Source of the DNA: Octopus sinensis
Lineage: Eukaryota
DNA length: 59,202 nucleotides
Direction of reading: 5' to 3'
Assembly: GCF_006345805.1 (NCBI RefSeq)
Contig: NW_021833090.1
Span: 1-59,202, forward strand
Positions 47,961-59,202 of the stretch are shown here, piece by piece. Both the position numbers and the translations under genes were made by a program. How positions within the stretch are numbered: the stretch's first letter is position 1; the number at the start of each line of letters is the position of its first letter. The notes below the pieces were generated by a model, which was given only the letters and a program-made list of their open reading frames with translations, ran no database searches and had not been told where the DNA came from.

Positions 47961-49455
47961 ATATTAGGAATTATGTTGATTGTACCCTGGCAGATACAAT
48001 TATCATTCTTTTAATTTCCCACATTTTTTTCAAAACTTCATGGGTTAGGTTTACTTACTGTACAGTACATTAATAGTTGTTACAGTTATAAAACCCATTT
48101 TATTGATTGGAGATTGTTTACAGATACATTGAAGTAAAGGAAAATAAAAAGATGTGTTTATTACATTACTGCAGTACTCTCTTTTGAGAAATAGATTTTG
48201 TTTTGAAAACTATGAATGTAAGAGTGAGTTGTGGAAGTTGCCTTGTTTTCATATACTGACATAAAAAAAATTCCTGTTTTTCATGCTGGCATAAGTTGGA
48301 TGGTTTGACAGAAGCTGGCTAAGTAGAAGACTGCACGAGGCTTCATTGTTTTGGTAGGGTTTTTATGGCTGGTTGCCCTTCCTAACACCAACCCCCTTAC
48401 AGAGTGGACTGAATGCTTTTAACAAGGAACCAGCATTGCCAAAGTTTATTTTGGCACAATTTTTGCAGCTGGGTACTCTTTCAAAAACCAACCACTTTCC
48501 AGTATGGACTGGATGAACCAGCACTGGCAGGGTCACCCAGTAACTTGTAAGACAAAGATCCTTTGAGAGGCAGGGCATTGGAAGAGGTGGCCTTGTGTCA
48601 GGTGATGAGGGGTTAGAATGTCACAGAGGGATAGAAACAGGTGTCTTGCTGTAGAGGAGATATATGGTTACCCAATCAGAGAATGAGAGCAAGAGAGAGA
48701 AAGAGAGAAAGGGAGAAAGTGAGAGAGACTTCTTTCAGTTTCTATCTATCAAATCCATTCACAAGGCTTTGGTTAGCCAGTGGCTATAGTAGAAAACACT
48801 TGCCCAAGGTGCCACGCAGTGGGACTGAACTCAGAACTGTGTGGCTGGGAAGCAAGCTTCTTACCACACAGCCATGTCTGAGTAGAATTAACAAATATAT
48901 TGCCAGTGATCTGGCACAAAAGCCAATCTTTAACCCTTTCATTACTGTATTTATTTTGAGATGCTCTGTGTTTCTTTCAATTAATTTAAATATAACAAAG
49001 AATTTAGTAAAATAACTTAGTTATCATTAAGCTAGTGTTAGGCACATAAATTGTGACTAAGGTTTGGTGGAAGATTTTAATTGAAAACTTATGAAAACAA
49101 GACATTTGTGTTCAGAACCAGAGCCGGTTTCAGCTGGGTTGGTAATGAAAGGGTTAATGGTGTAATAATGCTAACAGAAAAGCAACTTGCTCTGCACTTA
49201 GAGAAGACTGATTCTTGTTGGGGTGTTTGTTGAAGTTTTTATTGAAGTGTTTGTTGTGTACTACTTTAGATGGTGTTTGTTATTGAATTTATTACAAAGG
49301 TCATTTGTAAGGCCACAAAGTGAAACACTTCAAAAAGGGAGTAATTAGATTGCAATTTTTCCATGTTTTGTTTTTCTTTTTTTTTTTGTTAATAAACATT
49401 TTTTTCTAACCTGACATTACTGTAATACAAGCATTTATCTTTGTTTCTTTTCTAG

Positions 49456-49576
49456 AAAATTTGTTCGTGCACTCATTGATTTTCCCAAACCTCTAATTGC
49501 CTTGGTAAATGGTCCAGCTGTTGGGATTTCAGTTACAGCACTTGGTTTATTTGATGCTGTTTATGCCTCAGATAAG
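49456..49576 (+). CDS. ECI2: ECI2 exon
   Basis: [40 protein letters not shown]; phase 2-0. Confidence 0.97.
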
Positions 49577-50273
49577 GTTGGTTTAATTGATTACATATTC
49601 TATCATTCCTTCCTTCCTTATCTTCTTCTTTCTATGCAATTGTCATAAAGTCTATTTTCCCACACTAATATGAGTTGTGTAGATTGCCATATTGCATATC
49701 ACTGTTCAGTTTACTGTTTTTGCCATCTCTAGGAATTTCAACATCCTTAGATATTCCTTTCCTGCAAGTGCCCCCCACAAAACACTTTTTCATGTCACAT
49801 TCATCATCCATTTGCATCTTATGTCCTTATCAACACAGCTGTCTTTCCTACAAACTTTAGCTGGCCCACAGTGGGACTGAACCTGAAACCACATATAGTT
49901 GTAAAGCAGACTTCTTAATTTCACAGCCATGCCTGCACTTATAAATATGAATATAAATAATGATTTCAATATCAGTATTAATTTTTAAGGCAGTGAGTTG
50001 GCAGAATTCTTACTGTGCCAGGTAAAATGCTTAGTAACATTTTGTTCATCTTTATGTTCTTTGTTCAAATTCTAGCAAGGTCAGTTTTGCCTTTCATAAG
50101 TACCAGCTCAGTCCTGGGGTTGATGTAATTGTCTTACTCTTCACCTCGAAATTGCTGGCCTTGTGTCAAAATCTGAAACCAATATTGGTATTTATTTTGT
50201 ATAATTCAAAATCCCTGTATGGGAAACCTTCTTGTAATATATTAGTAATGGTACATAAAACCTGGTTTTTCAG

Positions 50274-50363
50274 GCAACATTCCACACTCCATTTTCATCT
50301 TTAGGCCAGTCACCTGAAGGATGTTCTTCATATGTATTTCCAAAGATCATGGGAACAGCAAAG
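50274..50363 (+). CDS. ECI2: ECI2 exon (catalytic Glu motif)
   Basis: [30 protein letters not shown], nearly identical to the mammalian ECI2 segment. Confidence 0.97.
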
Positions 50364-51407
50364 GTAAGTTCACTTTGTATTATTTATACTATATGATTCA
50401 GCCGAGTGTCCCCTATTAATCCTCTTTATATTGAAGCATCTACACCACTACAACAGAAAAATTTGATCTCCTATATTGTAATGTCAGTGTATTCATTTTC
50501 TTCTCATGGTCTACCACTACCAACAAGAACACCATCATCACCACTGTTGTTGCTGCTACCACAACTGTTACTATCATTATCATCATCATTGTTTTAACAT
50601 TTTTCACCCAATGGTGCATCATGTGTCTACATAACAGCACAATGCCATTCTTTATTTTCTTTGAAGTAAATTAATTGTAAAACCAAATTTTTATATATAG
50701 CTATACATTTGGCAAAGATGCTGTTGTCTTTAGTATTTTATCATTTGACTCTTATACAGAATTAAAACTTTCTCTTTATCTTTACCTTTTCCACTTGATC
50801 ATTTTCTGATAAATGGCTTTGAGTTCAATATGCTGCACTGCTGACTAACAAAATATTGTATAAGATATTGTATTGTATGAGGTATTGCTGAAACATGATG
50901 AAAATGTTGCATTAAACATCATTACACACTAGGATTTAGAACTTAACTTTGATGTTAAATATATCAAAGGAATCAGGTATTTTTGAGAGCTTGGTCACAA
51001 TTTTGTAGCAGAGCATATATGATACGCAGACTAAATAATCAGAAGAAAATTAACAGATAGAACTGGTGAGCAGAAGAAGACTGAAAGAGGAGACTGGTTA
51101 AAGGAAGCAAAAGAGACCCCCTTGCATATACTGCTGTCTTAAAAAGAAAGGGAACTTCACTTTTAATTAGCACGTAATTTCTAGGAAAAGGGATTGTTAG
51201 AACTAGAATGCCTAATGATCCTAGGTCTGTTAGGTTAGGGCTGATCTGGTGCTAATCAACCAGCAGCCTTCTGGTAGCTGGTTGAAAAATAACAAGTCAT
51301 TATCACTGCTGAAGTCTTTATCTTTAAAAGATGTTTGAAATTGTTTTGGAACATATATGAAGCATTGAATCCTATTTTATATGTATACTATTTATTAAAT
51401 CTTGCAG

Positions 51408-51551
51408 GCATCTGAGATACTTTTATTTAATAAGAAGTTAACGGCTAAAGAAGCATTTGAACGGAATTTGGTGTCTGAAGTTATACCCCATGGCTCATTT
51501 GCTGAGGAAACAGAAGCAAAGGTGAAACTATATGCTTCTTTTCCTCCTCAG
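51408..51551 (+). CDS. ECI2: ECI2 exon (last one visible; terminal exon absent from window)
   Basis: ASEILLFNKKLTAKEAFERNLVSEVIP...YASFPPQ|GTAAAT; no stop codon reached. Confidence 0.95.
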
Positions 51552-51959
51552 GTAAATACTTTTTTGGCAATAGATTTTTTTCCTCTTTTTGTTTTATTTA
51601 GTAGAAGCACTAATACTGAGCTTACATCATGCTAATGTGTTAACCAACAACCATATACTGTAGTTCTTTGTTCAATATTTAACTTTGTCCATTGAAAAAA
51701 ATTCCCTTGCACAAATATGTACAACCAGGAATGTGTGTGTATGTTTGTGTTCCTCTGAAAAAAAAAGATCACTCAGTTATGGATTTTGATGTTGTTGAAG
51801 TTTCTCCTGTCAAGAGGTCTTCTGCTGGTTTTGTTCTCTCAAAAATGTTTGGTAAAGAGTATCCCTTACCTGAAAAGCAGGTAAAAGGGTTAGTGATAAG
51901 AAGGGCATCCAGCTGTATTATGCTAGCATAGAAAAACATAAAAATAAAATGAACAATAT

Positions 51960-52130
51960 ATGGCAAAGCTGTATGGTAAGAAGCTTGCTTCCCAACCACA
52001 TGGTTCTGGGTTCAGTCCCACTGTGTGGCACCTTGGGCAAGTGTCTTCTACTATAACCTCAGACTGACCAAAGTCTTGTGAGTGGATTTGGTAGATGGAA
52101 GCTGAAAGAAGCCTGTTGTGTGTGTATATA
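51960..52130 (+). mobile_element. SINE family A head; its internal (TA)n hosts the RTE insertion
   Basis: CpG-decayed match to 8824-8985. Confidence 0.75.
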
Positions 52131-52194
52131 TATATATATAATATATATATATATATGTATATGTGTATATGTATATATGTATATATATGTATAT

Positions 52195-55100
52195 TTGTGT
52201 CAGGTCTCCGCTTGGAGCTACTGGTAACATGTAACCCAGTACAACCTGTTACATGGTCGGGTCGTTGGCGACTAAACTGGCAACCCCACCAAGATTTCTT
52301 GGTGAGGAGGGTGATTTGGACACCCAGCAGGACTAAAAACAAAACCTGTCAAAGGGCAGAGGAACTCTCTCATGAGTCAATGGCCATCCAAAATCCGGAG
52401 TGGAGCCCCTAAGGCGGTTGGATTGCGCCATGCGTGCCACCTTCCGGCAGCTCCTGCATCCTGGTCTACCCCCAGCCGTCTTGACTTTGTCTTGCCACTG
52501 GATCCGGCGCACCAGGACAAGAGAGTGAGGCTGATCCTGCGCAAGTCACCCTCACTATAATCCAAGTCACGCGCATGTCATGACATCATGATACCATCAC
52601 AAAGTCCTGTGGCGATGGGGAAACGGCGAAGTAGCAGGTGAGGATACACTGGGAGCTGCAGTCGTGAACCCACACACAGGCGGCTCAGGACATGTGGTCG
52701 CCCCTCACTGAACTGAGGCAGCAGTGGAGTCCGGCAGCCTCCTGAGTGACCGAGCAGCCCTCTTCAGGATTGCTCTGCTCGCCTCCCCAGCATGAGGACG
52801 GGGCTAGAAAAGGTTGCCCTAAACATAGCCCGCCTCACCTCACCCTGGTCAGCAAACCGCGGCTGGTGGGGATCCTTTCCAAGCGGTCGAAACAAAGAAA
52901 GAAAACAAACAAAGGTGCTCACTTTCGCAACTTGGAACGTGAGAACTCTGCTTTGCTTGACAACACCAAAGCGGACAGACCAGAGAGACGAACTGCCCTG
53001 GTGGCCAGAGAACTGAGCCGATACAATGTCGATATCGCAGCACTGAGTGAGACCCGCCTTGCGGACAAAGGCCAGCTGACAGAGACAGGTGGCGGCTACA
53101 CTTTCTTTTGGAGTGGTCGCAGCAGCGAAGAGCGTCGTGAGGTTGGTGTTGGTTTTGCCATCAAGTCAGTACACGTGCGGAAACTGGAAAGCTCCCCCGA
53201 GGGTGTCAACGATCGGCTGATGAAGATGCAGCTCCCACTTGGAAACAAGACTAGTGCGACCATCATCAGCGCTTACGCCCCCACCATGACCAACCCTGAA
53301 GAAGTTAAGGACAGGTTCTATGAGGAACTCGACTCCCTCATCACGTCAGCCCAGCCTGGGAAGCTCATCCTCCTTGGGGATTTTAACGCCCGTGTCGGGA
53401 CTGACCACCAAGCCTGGCATCACGTACTGGGAAAGCAAGGAATCGGAAAGTGCAACAACAATGGGCAGCTCCTCCTGCGTGCATGTGCCTCTCATGATCT
53501 TACCATCGCCAACACCTTGTTCCGTCTGCCAACACGCAACAAGACATGGATGCATCCACGCTCCAAACACTGGCATCTGATAGATTACGTTATCGTCAGG
53601 GCGAAAGACAGGCGGGACGTGAGACTGGTCAAAGCCATGTGCGGAGCTGATTGTTGGACGGACCATCGCCTCATCATCTCCAGGATGGATTTCTACATCC
53701 GACCTAAGAGAAGACCACAGGGTCAGAAAGTGACGAGGAAGCTTAACATCACGAAATTAAAGAACCAGCTGACTGCACAAGATCTTCAGTCACGTATGGA
53801 CAGCAAGCTGTTGGACATTCGGAATGACCAGTCCAGCATCGATAAGCAGTGAGAATCATTCAGGGACACGGTTCATTCCATCGCCCTTGAAACTCTAGGC
53901 CAAGTTATGAGGAACCACCAGGACTGGTTCGATGAAAACGACCAGGAAATCCAAAAGCTCCTGGAAGAGAAACGCTGTCTGCTGCCGGCTCACCAAAATG
54001 ACACCACCTGCACGGCAAAGAAGGCTGCTTTCAACAACATTCGCAGCACAGTCCAGGCAAAACTCCGCCTCATGCAAGGCGGATGAGATTCAGGGATACG
54101 CAGACAAACACGACACCAAGAAATTCTACGAGGCGCTGAAAGCTGTCTATGGACCGCAATTCTCCTTTGGATCAACCCTCCTGCTCAGCTTGGATGGAAC
54201 CTCACTCCTGACTAACAAGAAGCTGATTCTGGAGAGATGGGCGGAGCATTTCAACATCGTGCTCAACCGACCAGCCCAGATCAACGAGGAAGCCATCGCA
54301 CGACTCCCCCAGGTGCCGACAAACCACGAGCTGGCTGTTCCCCCTGCAGTTGAGGAAGTGAGCAGAGCCATCAAAAAAATGTCCACCGGCAAAGCTCCAG
54401 GCTCTGACGCCATCCATGCAGAGGTGTTCAAGTTGGGCGGCCCCACCATGATCAGTCAGCTCACCAGCCTGTTCCAGTCGATGTGGCACAGGGAACAACT
54501 CCCTCAAGATTTCCGGGACGCAACAATCGTCCACATTTATAAGCGGAAAGGAGATCAGCAGTCCTGCGACAACCACCGAGGAATCTCCCTCTTGTCCATA
54601 GCAGGCAAGATCCTGGCCCGAGTCCTGCTTGACTGCCTTCTGGAACACTTGGAGCAAGGCCTTCTCCCTGAGAGCCAGTGTGGCTTCCGCGCGGGTCGAG
54701 GGACTACTGACATGATATTCGCCGCCCACCAGCTCCAGGAGAAATGCATGGAGCAGCACCTTGACCTCTGCATGACCTTTGTTGACCTCACCAAGGCTTT
54801 CGATACAGTCAGTCGGCAGGGACTATGGAAGGTCATGGGAAAATTTGGTTGCCCCAGCAAATTTATTGCAATTGTCCGCCAGTTCCATGACGGAATGACA
54901 GCCAGAGTCCTTGAAGACGGCAACTCATCTGAAGCCTTCCAGGTGACCAACGGAGTCAGGCAGGGCTGTGTCCTGGCCCCAACACTGTTCAGCATCATGT
55001 TCTCGGCAATGCTGTCCGACGCCTTCAGGGACTGCAAGTCCGGTATCGACATCAAGTACAGGACAGACGGGAAACTTTTCAACTCCAGAAGATTGCAGGC

Positions 55101-56148
55101 CATCACAAAGGTAAGGGAGACAGTCGTCAGAGACTTTCTCTTTGCTGACGACTGCGCCCTTAATGCAATCGATGAGCAGGTGATGCAGCTCGGGATGGAC
55201 AGGTTCTCATCAGCCTGTGACAACTTCGGTCTCACCATCAGTGCCAAGAAAACCGAAGTGATGTTTCAGCCAGCCCCCGGCAAACAATACCATGAGCCTC
55301 AGATAAAGGTGAACGGACGGATCTTACGAGAGGTGGAAAACTTCACCTACCTGGGCAGCACTCTCTCCTGCAATGCCAACATAGATGCTGAAATCATCAA
55401 CAGAATCTCCAAGGCAAGCAGAGCGTTTGGGAGACTGCGAAAGAAAGTCTGAGAGTGGAGAGGAATCAGCCTCAACACCAAGCTGAAAGTCTACCGGGCA
55501 GTTGTGCTTACCACCCTACTATATGGCTGCGAGACGTGGACTGCTTACCGAAGGCACGAGCGCCAGATAAACCACTTCCACCTCAGGTGTCTTCGGAACC
55601 TCCTTCACATCTGCTGGCAGGACAAAGTCCCAGACACGGAAGTTCTGAAGCAGGCAGATCTCCCTAGCACCATCACGATCATGCGCAAGGCCTAGCTGAG
55701 ATGGGCGGGCCACGTCTCCCGCATGTCCGACACTCGCATCCCAAAACAGCTCTTCTACGGTGAACTCAGCCAGGGCAAACGCAAAGTCGGAGGGCAGAAG
55801 AAGCGCTTCAAGGACAGTCTCAAGGTCTCTCTCAAAGACTTCTCCATCGGCACAGAGACTTGGGAGACACTTGTTGCTGACCGCTCATCCTGGTGCAGCG
55901 CAATCACCACAGAAGCAGGGACAGCCGAGGAGGGACGGATTCGGTCAGCAGAGCAGAAATGCCAGATGCGGAAAGCCAGAGCCGCCTGCACCAGTAGCAC
56001 GGCCCCTACCCACTTCGGCCCCACCTGTGGGAGGGGCTTCCTTGCCCGGATTGGCCTCACCAGCCACCTCCGGTCTCATAGCGGCAGTTCCACCAGATGA
56101 TGTCAGTGGTCACCTTCGAACTGGAAGGACGGACATTATTATTATTAT
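52195..56148 (+). mobile_element. Full-length RTE (BovB-like) LINE: 5' UTR, APE, RT, C-terminal C2H2-like finger; inactivated
   Basis: TFATWNVRTL, DIAALSETR, LGDFNARVG, TDHRL, RQGCVLAPTLF, FADD, GLTSHLRSH; stops at 53850, 55450 and 55693 and a frameshift near 54080; tail GGACGGAC(ATT)n; (TA)n on both sides. Confidence 0.95.
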
Positions 56149-56199
56149 GTATATATATATATGTATGTATATGTATATATGTATATGTATATATGTATA

Positions 56200-56255
<56 letters not shown>

Positions 56256-56463
56256 GTGAAATAGAAAGATGAATAATCTTGTAGTAGATTAATCAAAAGT
56301 TTAACCGATACCTTAGTAGCAAAAATCACAGCAGTAAACAGCACGGTTGGAGGTACAACCATATGGTGTTGCAACCGTGCGTTGGTGCGGATAATTGAAA
56401 TTAAAATATTATTGGTGAATGAAGAAGAAATGGAGCTGAACGCAGATTGAACAGAAATCGTTT

Positions 56464-56557
56464 TATTTCATTCTACACGTGTTTCGAAAGGCACAATTTA
56501 CCAAAATCCGATTGAATAATGGGACCATATTGTGTCTTTCTCTTCAGGAAGAAAATA
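56464..56557 (-). ncRNA. Intact type I hammerhead ribozyme
   Basis: UAUUUUCUUC-CUGAAGA-GAAAGACACAAU...AUUGUGCCUUUC-GAAA-CACGUG-UA/GAAUGAAAUA; stem I pairs at 9 of 10 positions, stem II at 11 of 12; palindromic stem III. Confidence 0.85.
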
Positions 56558-59202
56558 GGAAATCCGTTGGAAAAAACAAAAACAGAACAGAGGCGGAGCA
56601 AAAACAAATCGAACTAGGCTCCTAAGAGCCCATGGCGAAACTGTTTATCAGTGTATGTTGAGAACGGTGGCTGAAGAATTTAACGGGTCAGGCATCGGTC
56701 AATCATGTGGGTGAGGGTGTGTAGATGTTCTTTGTGACCGAGAATAAAGTTCTGACTATTTAAGGAATATTGGATGTTTTATAAGGGGCGAGAAAAAATC
56801 TACTTAGAGACGTGTGTGTGTGTATACTGTTCTATATATGGTGTGTTGGCGTAGGGGTAGAAAACATTTTTTGTGTACGTGTGTGCGTTTGATCGTTCGG
56901 CTGTCAGTGGCTACTGCAGTGAGAACCGTTGGGTGGCAGAAAAAATTATATATATTATGTTTTATGTGTGTGTGTGTTCATCTAGCCTGCCTTGTCAAGG
57001 AAACCCCCGTTGTGAAAAAAAAAACCAAGCCCCGTTTATCTTACAGGAGTAATTCCCCTTGCAGTGGTTAATCGTAGATATCTTAAAGGCTATTTCAGAT
57101 TTATTACCAAGGGCTATGGGTGCCGGTATTATTTATAAACGCTATTTAAAAGCCAGATAAGTGTAACGCCGCCAATGGGGGCATCGAAAAGCCGACTGTA
57201 AAAGCCCGTTTACCATCCGGCCTCTGCAAACAAATATGGAAGAGTTCGGAGACACAAAGGTTGCACTGCCTTCTGCCCTATCATATGGGAGGGCCACTGA
57301 CAAAATTGACCATTCCAGCCTGTAGCTTAAGTTCGTATCCTTCAGTCGCCATATTAGCTTACTGAGTCTGTGGTCTGGCGCTTGTTCATGTCCCGAAAAG
57401 TTGCGTAATGGTTGGAGACTCGCAAAGACAATCTTGAGGATGAGGCCCCTACATAAGTGAAGACATCTGAGTCCGTGTAAACCTTGCATTGGTAGACGGC
57501 GTTTTTGATCTTGGAGTTCGCCGACGTGATCTTATTCTGCTAGGATTAGTTTCTGAAATTAGAACTGCGTTCCTGTCACTATATTCGTTCCGAGACCTGC
57601 AGCCGCTTACTACTCTATTTTCCACTACGTCACTATTAACTATAGGAATAACCCCTGATTCTCCACTATCTATCAGAGTGCTGTCATTGCTAGTGCCCGT
57701 GGTGCTGCTATTGCGGGAAATGATGCTGGGGATGCTATTGGGGCTCACTACCCTACTCCCATTGTTACCGTCAACCACAACACCCCTATTTATAACTATA
57801 CCCCTAGTGGGTACTCCCTGGCTGGAGCTGAGATTATGTGTCACTGTACTGGCTCTCATATCATTATTACTACTAAATATTCCTACTGACATTAAACCGG
57901 GAGCGGAAGAGGCTGTGCCTCCGGAAAAAGGTGATAGGGTCTTAGTAAGTAGCCTATTATTATGGGAGGCGATTATCTGGGCGAGGTTTTTAGTGTTGGA
58001 GAAAGCTATCCTAACTTTATGCGAGTTAACCGTGGAGTAATATTTGGAATTTGGGGAAGTTATTGGCGATGGCTTGTCTAAACATGAGGGGGAGGTTAGT
58101 TCTAATCTGCTTACCAAAGGGGATTACAAACCATATATGCTTATTCCTATCAGTGTGATGGGTCGGGACGCCAGCTCTCGCATTCGGGTGGGTGATTTTC
58201 GGATGAATAATGGGTCTTGGGTTAGTGTAAGACCTCCCGGACCGATAATTATCCTTGTTCGCTAAATTAAATGCGGGAGCGACTACCTCGGCATCCGCCG
58301 CCGCTCCCGTCCTTACTTAAATTGTTAATGTTATTATATACGGCCCTATCCTGATGACCGAATGATGGCATCGGAAGGGCCGGATCAATATAAATTACCT
58401 TCTGCCTATAACCGGCCTGGATAGTGCGGCGTTATAAAGTTCCGCTTTCTGCATAAAAATATCGGCACTGGCGGACCAGCAGACAATCTTAGAGAGATGT
58501 TTTAACCAAATTGTCTGTTACGGTTTTGGCATGATTTGAGAAGACACTGACATACTTCAAATTAGTGGAAGGCTTATGGTAAGGGCAGTATGAGTCGCTA
58601 TTAAGGTAAGTGTAACGTCTAGGAAATTAGCCTTGGTGAGTTCATTATCAAAAACTATACTCATGCCCATTCTATTAAAAAACCTAGCTAACCTGCTCTT
58701 AGTTTTCTGCACTATTCTGTTCGTGGTGTTTTGCAGGTAAAACAGACAATCGTCACGATACAGGCCGCCCGCGATCTCGGGAATGGTCGGACAATTCGTA
58801 GAGAATATATATTCCGACCAAATCGGCTATCTGCGCACTATCCGAACTACCCATAGGCACATCAAATTCATTGGGAGTATCTTTACGGATCCACAACTTA
58901 TTATCAAACTTAATAAACGATTTCCTGGCGACTAACTAAATGATATCTATCTCTTCTCTGGTGAGGCCAGCCTTGTTGTGAGCATGCCAGAGGGCTTATT
59001 TAGCACACTAGGGTTAATCGAGGGTGTAGAAGCTGGCAATATCAAAATGAATGAACCTAGTACAGTTCTTATTGGGGATGGAAGAGAACCACTTCACTAC
59101 CTGCGAGGAGTTGGCCCAGAGGCTGAGCTTCAGCTTGTTTACTAAACTTGGGTATATTTATCTAAAATGTACTTACTGATTATCCCGATATCAGATCTAG
59201 CA
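56464..59202 (-). mobile_element. Long Naiad/Chlamys-type PLE (RT, extended linkers, GIY-YIG, 3' UTR with HHR), frameshifted, runs off window end
   Basis: Hand translation: FIHFDIASFY, FDVPMGSSDSAQIADLVG, LYRDDC, NFLDVTL, IWF..PFGK, IAFSNTKNLAQIIASHN, LSKLIWRLKD..Y.LEWSIL, RCPH. Confidence 0.9.

Noticed and set aside
58345-58386. CTGATGA-CCGA...TCGG motif resembling a plus-strand hammerhead
   Set aside because: GAAA and the cleavage triplet are absent, and it lies inside the minus-strand Naiad coding region; likely chance.
51552-59202. Terminal ECI2 exon with PTS1
   Set aside because: No exon resembling the ECI2 C-terminus was found; the region is occupied by RTE and Naiad elements.

Overview
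AT-rich, microsatellite-rich animal genomic DNA, most likely octopus (inferred from repeat content; not verified by search). One host gene is clear: ECI2 (ACBP plus enoyl-CoA delta-isomerase) on the + strand. Nine coding exons were assembled by hand from 26344 to 51551, including a putative exon 1 encoding a mitochondrial presequence; the last exon is not in the window. Most other recognisable sequence is transposon-derived: Tx1/L1, CR1/L2-group and RTE LINEs (one full-length but disrupted), mariner/Tc1 elements, Helitron-like elements, a Gypsy integrase relic, several tRNA-derived SINE families, and Penelope-like elements (PLEs). The most striking unannotated structure is a set of hammerhead ribozyme (HHR) motifs. 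A 5-kb head-to-tail chain of PLE-type 3' ends each terminates in an HHR (20.2-25.2 kb), one HHR sits inside a 195-bp inverted repeat, a tandem HHR pair lies in ECI2 intron 1, and an intact HHR ends a long Naiad-type PLE. Two SINE-LINE 3'-tail partnerships are visible within the window. All folds and alignments were done by eye.
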